In this document: positions 29,959-38,877 of the stretch, piece by piece
How positions within the stretch are numbered: the stretch's first letter is position 1
Layout of the letters: the number at the start of each line of letters is the position of its first letter
IMG/VR virus record: IMGVR_UViG_3300034062_003964
Span: 57,468-121,467 of that record
Length of the DNA: 64,000 bases
Direction: 5' to 3' (one strand)
Source of the DNA: a virus
Translations under genes and position numbers: made by a program
Notes under the pieces: model-generated
The model's database searches: none
Told to the model about the DNA's origin: nothing
What the model saw: only the letters and a program-made list of their open reading frames with translations

Positions 29959-30686
29959 AACCCTAAACTTAATTTTTTTAATTTGTATAAATCGTAATGA
30001 GTACAATTAGATTCATTAACCTTATCGATAGTTTGACTAATCATTTTTTTGATGTCATCTTCTTTTGATTCGTTTAATGAATTATTTAAGTTTGAAATAA
30101 CAGTTTCTTTTATTGTGTTGAATTCTACTTTTAATTCATCTTTTGATAAATTTAATATGGAAGTAACTTCTTTTTGTTCTGACTCTGAAAGTGTACTAAT
30201 TTCTTTTCCAAGTTCAGATTCAGCAACTTTAATCATTGTTGAAATTGGTAGGTTAATGGATTCATTAACTTTAGTTACTTTATTTTCAGAAATAATAGTA
30301 TTAATGACTTTTTTCTTAGATTCTAAAACTGTTTCTAAATTTTTAATAGAATTGTTATAAATAATAGTATCAATATCTTTATAGTTGTTTTGATATTCTG
30401 ATGAAAAACTAGACAACCATTTATCTACTTTAGTTAAATTTTTATAATTGTTCTCAAGTAAAATTTGGCAATATTCAATAGACTCATTTACATAATCATT
30501 TGCTAAATCTTTGTGTAAACCTTTTTTTGTCGATAGGTCTTCGTAGATATAAAATATTTCACTTAAATCTTTATTCTCTAAAATATTAGATTTAAACCCA
30601 AACATAAATTTTTGGAAGTTACTTTTACCAAATAATTCTGCTCCAGTTTTTTCTATCTTACTTTTTATTTCACCAAATTTTGTCAT
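29955..30686 (-). CDS. Hypothetical head-region protein
   Basis: 243-aa ORF downstream of portal with TATTTATA upstream. Confidence 0.7.
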   Translation of the reverse strand: MTKFGEIKSKIEKTGAELFGKSNFQKFMFGFKSNILENKDLSEIFYIYEDLSTKKGLHKDLANDYVNESIEYCQILLENNYKNLTKVDKWLSSFSSEYQNNYKDIDTIIYNNSIKNLETVLESKKKVINTIISENKVTKVNESINLPISTMIKVAESELGKEISTLSESEQKEVTSILNLSKDELKVEFNTIKETVISNLNNSLNESKEDDIKKMISQTIDKVNESNCTHYDLYKLKKLSLGL

Positions 30687-30705
30687 GTCTTTTTTACTAT
30701 AAATA

Positions 30706-32520
30706 TTACCTATTTAATAAATCTTTAAGTTTGTCGTCTATTTCAACTAAGGAATTTCTTCCCTTACCTAAATTCATAAAATCATTTTGACCAAATAAGT
30801 GTTCTTCAAGTAACATATTTAAGTCATCTTTATTAAACGATTCGGGTGTTACCTCACCCCCCGCAGGCGCTTCACCGCCAGATGGTGGTGCTTCACCCAT
30901 TGGTGGGATTCCCCCCATATCAGGAGCTCCTCCACCTTCAGGTTCTTCACCACCTTCAGCTGGTTTTTCACCATCTTTTTTACCATACAATTTATCAATA
31001 TTATCAAATAGACCGGTTTTAGTGATAACTTCAGCGGTTTTTCCTAATTCTGCAGACACAGCTCTCTCAACTCTTTGTTGTTGTATATCTAATCTTATTT
31101 CTTCATCAGAGAAACCTAAAATATGTTTCTTAGCCCAAGATGCTGATACTGGGGCAACTGAATTTGGTATTTCTGCAACTGCATCTTTATAAAGAGTTAT
31201 TTTTTCTTTCCAAACTTCAATACCTAATAAATCAGATTGTTTAGATGGGTTAGTTAAAGCTAATGTAAAGTTTGTTAATTCATCTTCAAACCCTAATAAG
31301 AATAAATGAATGATTGCAATTTTATTTAATTCTGCAATCATAGATTTTTGAATTCTATTGATTGTTCTTGCAAAACGAATATCTAATAATGATAAGTTTT
31401 TACCATCACCGACAGCTTCTTCAAAACCTAAATAGGCTTTAGGTATTCTTAATGCCGTCACAAGTTTCTTTTGGATATATTCAATATCAGCAATTTCCGC
31501 CAAGTTTGTTCCACCCGGTAAAGTCTCTATTGGGTTTGTCGCTGCTGGGTCACGAACAGGGATAAAGAAGTCTTGGTCAACCGCCAACTGATTGTATCTC
31601 ATATCAACATTACCTGTTGCTGGGTCAGAAATTTGGTCTCTTTTAAATTTACTAGCAACTCTTTGTACGTAAGCATCAACGTCTTTATCATCCATGTTAC
31701 CAACGAATACTTTAAATACTCTTCTTTCAGGTGCTCTTGATACACGGTAGATTAACATCGCATCTTCAGATAACAAAAGTTGTTTCCAAATACGACGTGC
31801 TTTTTCTAACATAGACGTTCCATAAGGAAGTTTTCTATCATCACCTAAAATTCTAAAGTGACCAACCTCCCATGTGTTAAATTCCATATTTTTTTCTTTC
31901 CAAGTAAACTTCAAAGCGTCGTTCTCCATTTCTTGTGAATACTTATCAGGTTGGAACCTCATCCCTTTTTCTAACCTTTCGATTTGAATGTTTGGTAATT
32001 GTTGACAACCAACAATACCTTTTTCAGGGTCTAATTTTAAATAAACAAAGTTGTCACCAAACTTACATGTGTTTCTTGTCCACATAGGTAAATTGGTGTT
32101 AATATCTAATCTATTATTAAATAAGTCAGCAAGAACTGATTTTATTCTTTTTGATTCAGAATAAATTTGTAACATATGACCATCTTTGTCAGGTGTTGTT
32201 GACTCCTCACCATAGATGTCTAATGCCGCTGAAATTTCAGGTGTGTACTCCATAGACTCATAATCATAATATGAGGCCATACGAGTTGGTTCATAATAAA
32301 CCGCTTGGGTATATAAGTTACTCTCAACTTTTTGCCATTGTTTACCAATGTACATGGTTTGTTGAGCCTGTAGTTTTTCTTTTTCAAACTCAGTTTTATC
32401 TGTAGTTTTTAATAATTCTTTTTTATCAAACTTAAAAACGGGAGCTTGCTGGTCTAAAGTTGCATTAGGTCCAAAAACCTTACCCAATCTTTGCCATACC
32501 GTATATTTTTGTTCTGCCAT
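30706..32520 (-). CDS. gp20: Portal protein (T4 gp20 family)
   Basis: YESM..PEIS.ALDI, EDAMLIYRVSRAPERRVF, ETLPGG.NL, DIRFARTI. Confidence 0.95.
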   Translation of the reverse strand: MAEQKYTVWQRLGKVFGPNATLDQQAPVFKFDKKELLKTTDKTEFEKEKLQAQQTMYIGKQWQKVESNLYTQAVYYEPTRMASYYDYESMEYTPEISAALDIYGEESTTPDKDGHMLQIYSESKRIKSVLADLFNNRLDINTNLPMWTRNTCKFGDNFVYLKLDPEKGIVGCQQLPNIQIERLEKGMRFQPDKYSQEMENDALKFTWKEKNMEFNTWEVGHFRILGDDRKLPYGTSMLEKARRIWKQLLLSEDAMLIYRVSRAPERRVFKVFVGNMDDKDVDAYVQRVASKFKRDQISDPATGNVDMRYNQLAVDQDFFIPVRDPAATNPIETLPGGTNLAEIADIEYIQKKLVTALRIPKAYLGFEEAVGDGKNLSLLDIRFARTINRIQKSMIAELNKIAIIHLFLLGFEDELTNFTLALTNPSKQSDLLGIEVWKEKITLYKDAVAEIPNSVAPVSASWAKKHILGFSDEEIRLDIQQQRVERAVSAELGKTAEVITKTGLFDNIDKLYGKKDGEKPAEGGEEPEGGGAPDMGGIPPMGEAPPSGGEAPAGGEVTPESFNKDDLNMLLEEHLFGQNDFMNLGKGRNSLVEIDDKLKDLLNR

Positions 32521-32558
32521 AATATTTTTATTTAAAAGATAAGTCGATAAAAGTTAAA

Positions 32559-34334
32559 TTAAACTCTTTTACCTCCGAATAACCATAAATACTTTTCATA
32601 ATCATTCTTTGTTGTTTGATAACTTCCTGACCTATATTGATTATAAATATCCACAGGTACTCCTGGATTAAAATTTGAGGATGAATCTTTAAAATCTCTC
32701 TTTTCTGTGGTCCAAGATTCAATCATTGCTTTTGCTTGCTCTGTCGCCTTTTCTAATTTAGCAAATGAAGATTCACCAACATAAATAGCCATCGCCATCG
32801 CCATTATTAAATCATCGTGTTGACCCTTTTGGTGGTCAGGCCTTCCATTCACATATACAAACGTATTAAGTTCATTAAACAACCTTTGAGACCTAATAAC
32901 AAACCCAAATCTTAACGCCTCTTCAAATGCCTGAACGATTAAAACTCTTTTTGAATTAAAGTTTATACCAGGTATTTTATCATTTTGTTTTGGGTCCCAT
33001 TTCCATTTATCCGCAGGATTAACCCCGTCAACATATAGGTTTTTATAACCAAGTTCTTGGAGTTTACGAGATGTTGCAACACCCATACCTCCAGTGATAT
33101 CTGTAACAATAAACGAGTTATACATATTTGCCCATTTGAACGCAATCTCAGCCACCACATCAGGTGGAACTTTCCCGATATATTCTAATACTTGTTCCCT
33201 ATCATCAAAATCGATAATCGTAAAAGTTGTAAAGTCTTCACTATCACCACGAGATACATCAATACCCATAATATATTTATGACCCGCAATTGGTTCTTTC
33301 CATTGCCACAAAGCGCCACCCATAAATTTATTTTCAGGTTCTTTGATATAATTTTCTTTGATTTTTTTCATGGTTTCAGGTGGTACAACATTATCCCCCG
33401 AACCTAAAAAGTTACACTCTAACTCTTGTGATATTTTACGCTTATCAAATTTTAATTTTTTTGACATTGCCTCAAACCACGATGAGTATGGTCTATAACC
33501 ACTTTCAACCTTTTGTTTTATTTCTTCAAAATCTCTATCGGTAACTTTAATATCTGTATAATCTATGGTTAACACATCATCTTTATAATCACCCCTATTT
33601 AACATGTAGTGAATTATATCATCAACCTTTATTAGTTTTAAGTCTTTAGAATAACGAGGGTCACGAAACCAATACATTTCTGTAATTCTAAAGTCATTCA
33701 TCCCTTTAATTGCCTGACTGTATATCGAATAATAAATCGGGTCGAATCCGTTTGGTGTTGAAATTACAATAACTTTACCTCCTGTTGATAGGGACGCCAT
33801 ACATGCTGACCAGAAATCTTCATCAGCATCGATATATGCTGCCTCATCAAAAATAAGAATAGTAGGGGTATAACCGCGAAGTGCATCTTTTGATGTCGCA
33901 ACCGCTTTAACCTCACATCCATTAGTTAATTTGAAGTGTCTTGCTGCGTTTTTTTCAGGAGAAAAGCCTACACCCAACCAATTAGGCCATTGTTCTACAA
34001 ACGCACGAACTTTGTTTGCCATCTCAACGGCAGTATCAAGTTTGTTTGCAATAATTAGAATTTTTTCTGGTTTTGATTTTTTAGCGAAAACTAATCGTTT
34101 TGATGCCCAAGCGGATGTAACCGTAGATACTCCAGCTTGACGATACTTTAATGCGATATTTTCTTCGCAAGTGTCATAATCGTTAACCAAAGTTACTTGG
34201 TCATTAAATAATTCTAACGGTACGTATTTGGATTGTGTGTTATCGTAGGTTTGTAAATATGTTCTTAGTGCGTATGGTGTATCATGAGCACATTTAGCAT
34301 ATTCCAGTAGTATTTGTTCTTTTGAAAGAGACAT
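32559..34334 (-). CDS. gp17: Terminase large subunit (T4 gp17 family)
   Basis: KYRQAGVST Walker A variant, LIFDEAA Walker B, ISTPNG, GIDVSRG, HDDLIMA. Confidence 0.95.
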   Translation of the reverse strand: MSLSKEQILLEYAKCAHDTPYALRTYLQTYDNTQSKYVPLELFNDQVTLVNDYDTCEENIALKYRQAGVSTVTSAWASKRLVFAKKSKPEKILIIANKLDTAVEMANKVRAFVEQWPNWLGVGFSPEKNAARHFKLTNGCEVKAVATSKDALRGYTPTILIFDEAAYIDADEDFWSACMASLSTGGKVIVISTPNGFDPIYYSIYSQAIKGMNDFRITEMYWFRDPRYSKDLKLIKVDDIIHYMLNRGDYKDDVLTIDYTDIKVTDRDFEEIKQKVESGYRPYSSWFEAMSKKLKFDKRKISQELECNFLGSGDNVVPPETMKKIKENYIKEPENKFMGGALWQWKEPIAGHKYIMGIDVSRGDSEDFTTFTIIDFDDREQVLEYIGKVPPDVVAEIAFKWANMYNSFIVTDITGGMGVATSRKLQELGYKNLYVDGVNPADKWKWDPKQNDKIPGINFNSKRVLIVQAFEEALRFGFVIRSQRLFNELNTFVYVNGRPDHQKGQHDDLIMAMAMAIYVGESSFAKLEKATEQAKAMIESWTTEKRDFKDSSSNFNPGVPVDIYNQYRSGSYQTTKNDYEKYLWLFGGKRV

Positions 34335-34337
34335 TCA

Positions 34338-34997
34338 TTATTTGTTTCTTCTAATGTAATTTAGTAATTCACTTTTTGTAGTGTGAGGAGGCAAATGATT
34401 TTCAATAATTTTTAGAATACTTTCTTCTAATTTTTCTACTTCATTTTTTTCCTCAACCTTTTTAGGTAATCCTTTGTGTTTTGTTGATGCAAAATCCTCA
34501 AGTTCTTTTTTAGACATTTCTTTTGCCATTTTTTGAACTTGTTTAGTGACTTTTGATTTAGGTGTATCTCCTCTTTTTACTGAAAGAGCCAATCCCATAA
34601 TTTTTTGTTGTTGTTTAGAAACTGCTTTTTCTTGTAATTTTGTTTCAGTTGGCATCCCATCAGGACCTTGTTTTTGAATTGGGTCTTGGTCGTCCTCACC
34701 TTTATTAACATCAGCAACATCTTCTTGTTCACCTTCAGTAAATTCACCTTCAGCGGTTGTCGTAATAACGGTCTTACCGGCATCATTAGAAACTGTAGCC
34801 CCACCAATAGCTGTTTTTGCCCCCGATGGAAGTTCAATTACTTTTGATGTTACCGTTTTTTCAACAGGTTTTGGTTGTTCTGAAACAATTTTATTAAATA
34901 ATACATTTAATTGATTTTCAGTTAAGTTTTCTAAAGTATTCATTGAAAACCCCTCGTGAAGAAGTTTAACTATTTTAGGATTCATGTGTTTCATCAC
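34338..34997 (-). CDS. Hypothetical protein with DUF3008-like domain
   Basis: AVSKQQQKIMGLALSVKRG…SKKELEDFASTKHKGLP. Confidence 0.6.
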   Translation of the reverse strand: MMKHMNPKIVKLLHEGFSMNTLENLTENQLNVLFNKIVSEQPKPVEKTVTSKVIELPSGAKTAIGGATVSNDAGKTVITTTAEGEFTEGEQEDVADVNKGEDDQDPIQKQGPDGMPTETKLQEKAVSKQQQKIMGLALSVKRGDTPKSKVTKQVQKMAKEMSKKELEDFASTKHKGLPKKVEEKNEVEKLEESILKIIENHLPPHTTKSELLNYIRRNK

Positions 34998-35379
34998 TTA
35001 CTAAATTTTTTTCCCATTTTAATACGATATCTTTTTCGTATAATTTATTTTCTACAATTTCAATACTTTCTCCGTATTGAAAAACCAATCTTTTTCCTTC
35101 GTAATGGTCAGGTTTTTCCCAACCTAAAGCAATCACACCATCAATAGAATCATACATTCCAAAAAAATCCGAGTTCTGAATTAAATCTAATTCTACTTCA
35201 CAATTTTTTAATACGCCAACCTTTTTAATAAATTCCACATGCGGTGGTGTTGGTTTTCCGTTTGCAGTTTCACTATCCCAATATTCACCATAAACGTCAT
35301 CCAAATCTGAAAAAATAAATTCGTAAATATTATCTCCTCTAAAGTTTGGACCTAATTCGTTAATGAAAACTAAATTCAT
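34975..35379 (-). CDS. Hypothetical protein
   Basis: ORF overlapping both neighbours in the operon. Confidence 0.7.
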   Translation of the reverse strand: MNLVFINELGPNFRGDNIYEFIFSDLDDVYGEYWDSETANGKPTPPHVEFIKKVGVLKNCEVELDLIQNSDFFGMYDSIDGVIALGWEKPDHYEGKRLVFQYGESIEIVENKLYEKDIVLKWEKNLVSDETHES

Positions 35380-36710
35380 ATAGTTCTACCGTTTGGTGTT
35401 ACTTTAACTTCTTTTCCGTTAATTTTAAAAACTAAATTGTTTTTATTTGTTCTTCCAATAAACGTACAGTTAGTATAATCCTCAATTAAAATTAAACCTG
35501 TTTTTTTTTGGTTTTCAGAAATAGAATATTCTTGAATGTCGTTCTTTTGGTTTATTTTATTAATTTTAGATTTTAAAAAGTCTACTTTATTTTTATTTTC
35601 TAATACCGGTTTTTCTTCATTTTTAATTTTAAAATAACCAGATAAAACTTTCTCAACTTGGGATTCACCAAAAATTGAATCCATTACTGATTGGTAACCT
35701 TCTTTTGTTTCAGGTTCAGGTGTTCCCATATCGTCAGTTGGCATTTCGTCAGTTGGCATTTCGTCAGTTGGCATTTCGTCACCCCCAAAATCAAAATCTT
35801 CTTCACCGAAGTTTAATTCACCTTCACCTTCTTTACCATACTCATCAAACCCTTCAATTTTATCGACGATATCTTCTCTATCATCGTCATCAAGTTTGTT
35901 TAAATCAATTGCAGATACAATAGAATTAATTACGTATTTAATATCTTGTGAATCAAGACCTTTGTCTTTATCAAACATTCTTAGTTTTTGACTTAATTTA
36001 CCTGTAAGTTTTTGGATTAGTTTTAAATTACTTGACCCACCTTCCTCATCGTCTTCTACACCAATTTCTGTATCCAACATAGGTGCATCTCCAGGAGCCA
36101 TTGGCATTTCTGGTTCTTCTGGCATTTCTTCTCCACCCATTTCAGGTGCCGGTGCTCCCATTTCAGATTCTCCACCCATTTCAGGTGCCGGAGCTCCCAT
36201 TTCAGATTCTCCACCCATTTCAGGTGCCGGAGCTCCCATTTCAGGTGATGGTGTTTCAGGTGCCGGAGCTCCCATATCAGGTGCCGACATATCAGGTGAT
36301 GGTGTTGGTTCAGCTTTTTTAGCCGTTTTTAATACGAATTTTTTTTTTACCTCAGGTTGCTCACCAATAAGAGGTATTTCATATTCATTACCTGTATTTC
36401 TATTTGTTTCAGCAACAATTAAATTTAATTTTTTCATTGCTTCAGAATATGAACGATAGTATTTTCTATTTTTCATTGGGTCTGAATAATCCATGTTGGA
36501 TTCATTAATACCCGTTTTAATGATATACCCTAGTCTTTCTTTTACAATACCGTAAAAGTTACCGTCAGATAATTGAATAGTATAATTTGTTGTTGACAAA
36601 TTATTTAATTCAGTTTTTGGAGTTTCTCTATAAGTTGCGATTTCCATAATTCTTCTCAACTTATCAGTTCCTTCTAATTTTTCACTACCAATCGGTCTTA
36701 AATCTGCCAT
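35376..36710 (-). CDS. Acidic, Pro/Glu-rich hypothetical protein (possible internal head protein)
   Basis: EMGAPAPEMGGES and EMPTD repeats. Confidence 0.7.
   Translation of the reverse strand: MADLRPIGSEKLEGTDKLRRIMEIATYRETPKTELNNLSTTNYTIQLSDGNFYGIVKERLGYIIKTGINESNMDYSDPMKNRKYYRSYSEAMKKLNLIVAETNRNTGNEYEIPLIGEQPEVKKKFVLKTAKKAEPTPSPDMSAPDMGAPAPETPSPEMGAPAPEMGGESEMGAPAPEMGGESEMGAPAPEMGGEEMPEEPEMPMAPGDAPMLDTEIGVEDDEEGGSSNLKLIQKLTGKLSQKLRMFDKDKGLDSQDIKYVINSIVSAIDLNKLDDDDREDIVDKIEGFDEYGKEGEGELNFGEEDFDFGGDEMPTDEMPTDEMPTDDMGTPEPETKEGYQSVMDSIFGESQVEKVLSGYFKIKNEEKPVLENKNKVDFLKSKINKINQKNDIQEYSISENQKKTGLILIEDYTNCTFIGRTNKNNLVFKINGKEVKVTPNGRTI
36134..36275 (-). repeat. 39-nt tandem repeat encoding EMGAPAPEMGGES
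   Basis: CCCATTTCAGGTGCCGGAGCTCCCATTTCAGATTCTCCA units, about 3 copies. Confidence 0.8.
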
Positions 36711-36725
36711 TTTAATGTATTTTTT

Positions 36726-36911
36726 TTAATTGTTTAATCCATTTCCGCCCAACGTAACAGCATTACATTGTAAGTTAGTTGTATTAGTTACGCTACCATA
36801 ATCGGGTTTTGGTGCGTAAAATGTTACTACAGTCCCCAAAGTACTACCAGAACCTGGTACATAACCGGTTATAGTTGTAGTATAATACGAAGTACAAGCT
36901 GTTGTTGGCAT
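36726..36911 (-). CDS. Small Thr-rich hypothetical protein
   Basis: 61-aa ORF with TATTTATA 11 nt upstream. Confidence 0.6.
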   Translation of the reverse strand: MPTTACTSYYTTTITGYVPGSGSTLGTVVTFYAPKPDYGSVTNTTNLQCNAVTLGGNGLNN

Positions 36912-36953
36912 ATTTTTTTCTATATAAATATATCGTTAATTGATAATTTTCAA

Positions 36954-37727
36954 TTATTCACCAATTTCTTGCTCTAATGATAATTTTTTATCGGTAATTT
37001 TGTTTTTGAAATCTTCTAATTTGGCAATATACCCATTTCGTCTTAAGAATTTAAATACTAAATTTTCATAAGAAAACTCACCTTCTTTTTTTAATCCACA
37101 GGTTCTATACTTTCTTAATTTCTCTTTATATTTTGATGTTAACTTAATCGCATCATTTAAATCTTCATCTTCGGCGTTTTCTAAAACACCATCAATAATT
37201 CTCATCCATTGATTTGCCTTTTCTTTAATAATTTTCTTATCAATTCTGAAGTTTTCTTTTTCAGGAGCTCTTAACCATTTGTTATGTAATACAGAATAAG
37301 ACCCAGCACTTGTTTCTTTTTCGTTTAAATCTTGTATAAACATCTCAACTTCGTATCCTTTGATTCTAATGTCGTGTTTCGCATTGAATACCGTTTTTTT
37401 CAAATGAAATAATTCTTTATATAATTCAGAGTTTTCGCCAGCATCATTAAAATCATAAAGAATATGAACATCAAAATCTGAAAAATCGGACCAGTTATAT
37501 CCGGTTAATGAACCAATAAGAATTATGTCGTGAACATATATATCGATATCAATATAATCCAAAAATATTTCACTTACTTTAAGAAGTCTTTCTTTTATTT
37601 CTGGTTTTAATTTAAAAAATTGCGCTTCGGGGTCTCCCATATGTTTTTCATTCGGTAGATACCAAATGTCGGGATTTAATTCGTCTTGAAGATATAAGCT
37701 ATTAATGATTTTACTATCACTTTCCAT
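36954..37727 (-). CDS. Pol-beta superfamily nucleotidyltransferase
   Basis: IILIGS…SDFDVHI (hGS…DxD) motif. Confidence 0.75.
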   Translation of the reverse strand: MESDSKIINSLYLQDELNPDIWYLPNEKHMGDPEAQFFKLKPEIKERLLKVSEIFLDYIDIDIYVHDIILIGSLTGYNWSDFSDFDVHILYDFNDAGENSELYKELFHLKKTVFNAKHDIRIKGYEVEMFIQDLNEKETSAGSYSVLHNKWLRAPEKENFRIDKKIIKEKANQWMRIIDGVLENAEDEDLNDAIKLTSKYKEKLRKYRTCGLKKEGEFSYENLVFKFLRRNGYIAKLEDFKNKITDKKLSLEQEIGE

Positions 37728-37744
37728 ATCTATAAATACATAGA

Positions 37745-37999
37745 TTATTCAGTTTCTTCTACTTTTTTGTATTTGTATTGTCTTGCAATATCAGTATTGA
37801 AGAATTTTCCTTGTGATTCCGCCAATCTAAATTGTGCATATGTTTTGTGTGGAACTTCTTCATATTCGTATATCATTCCGTTTTTGAATGTTGCAATTAA
37901 TTTACTAGTTTCACTATCGTATTCAGTTTTAACTAAATTTGAAGATTCAATTTCACAAATAATTTTTGTTCCTACTATATCAGTTCTCGTTATCGCCAT
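37745..37999 (-). CDS. KTSC domain protein
   Basis: SSNL…YD…L.ATFKNG..YEY.EVP…AESQGKFFN. Confidence 0.9.
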   Translation of the reverse strand: MAITRTDIVGTKIICEIESSNLVKTEYDSETSKLIATFKNGMIYEYEEVPHKTYAQFRLAESQGKFFNTDIARQYKYKKVEETE

Positions 38000-38294
38000 T
38001 TGGTTTTCTTAATGGAGTTATGTCATCTATATGACTAAGTTTATCCATAATGTAATAATGAACTTCATCTCTGTCAACATCAAAACCATAATCTTTTATT
38101 GTCTGAAAAATCTCACGCATTTTTGGTGTGAATTTTCTGTGTAATACCATTAAATCTTGGGGATAGTATCTTGGACTTGACAACTCTTCTTGTGTCCACC
38201 CTTCTCTTTGAAAGATTTTTCTCATGTCAAAATAATCCTGTTCTAAATCCTTAGTTAATTCCAAACTATCTACAAATTTTCTCCAAGCTTTCAT
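37980..38294 (-). CDS. Hypothetical protein
   Basis: ORF with TATTTATC upstream. Confidence 0.65.
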   Translation of the reverse strand: MKAWRKFVDSLELTKDLEQDYFDMRKIFQREGWTQEELSSPRYYPQDLMVLHRKFTPKMREIFQTIKDYGFDVDRDEVHYYIMDKLSHIDDITPLRKPNGDNEN

Positions 38295-38311
38295 AGTGAT
38301 AAATATAACGC

Positions 38312-38336
38312 AAAAAAAAATCCACCCGAAGGTGGA
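38312..38336 (-). terminator. Rho-independent terminator with C(UUCG)G tetraloop
   Basis: Minus strand TCCACC-TTCG-GGTGGA-TTTTTTTTT after the UVR gene. Confidence 0.88.
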
Positions 38337-38341
38337 CTTTG

Positions 38342-38704
38342 TTATTTTAGGTCGTTTATTTTATCTCGATATTCTATCGCTTTTTCAAAATCTTGTTTTT
38401 TAATACATTCATCTAATTTAGTTTGTAACTCAGAAATCTTTTCTTTGTTTTTTTCTAAACTCTTAATTTGGTCTCTTAACTTAACGGCTTCCTCAAAATT
38501 TTGTTCCTCAACTGCAACATCTAATTTATTTTTCAATTCACCCAATTCATCGGTTGGTTTAAACCCTTTTGACAAGTAAGTGTAAAAATATTTACCATCG
38601 GGTGATTTATATGTTTTAGAAGTCCAATTATTATTATTAATAAATTCTGACTTCATTGAAAACATTTTATCAAACATGTCATCAAATTCTCTCCAGTTAA
38701 TCAT
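38342..38704 (-). CDS. Tandem UVR (UvrB/UvrC)-motif protein, putative Clp adaptor
   Basis: LDVAVEEQNFEEAVKLRDQI and LDECIKKQDFEKAIEYRDKI; divergent from clpC. Confidence 0.8.
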   Translation of the reverse strand: MINWREFDDMFDKMFSMKSEFINNNNWTSKTYKSPDGKYFYTYLSKGFKPTDELGELKNKLDVAVEEQNFEEAVKLRDQIKSLEKNKEKISELQTKLDECIKKQDFEKAIEYRDKINDLK

Positions 38705-38744
38705 AGTATTATTTCATTTTATAAGTTTATTTTTGTATTTTTAC

Positions 38745-38816
38745 ACTAAATATGTGCCATTATTAAATATATGACAAAATGTCAGTAAAGTCAAATTTGT
38801 GTATGACATTATGACA
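38745..38816. promoter_or_regulatory. Putative operator/enhancer repeats and an imperfect sigma54-like element between the UVR gene and clpC
   Basis: TGACA-AAA-TGTCA (38772-38784), TGACA-TTA-TGACA (38804-38816); minus-strand TGGCAC-N5-TAGT (38759-38745). Confidence 0.45.
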
Positions 38817-38877
38817 AAAACTTAAAAATAATTGATTATTAGGTTTAAATAGGTTAAAATTGATAAAAAACTAAAAT

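Noticed and set aside
24454-34334. Stop-codon recoding, introns or inteins in core genes
   Set aside because: Capsid, protease, portal and terminase are intact in the standard code, with no visible intein or homing-endonuclease insertions.
38780-38796. CtsR-box-like GTCA direct repeat upstream of clpC
   Set aside because: The period is 9 nt rather than 10, and CtsR is a Firmicutes regulator while other signals point to Bacteroidota.
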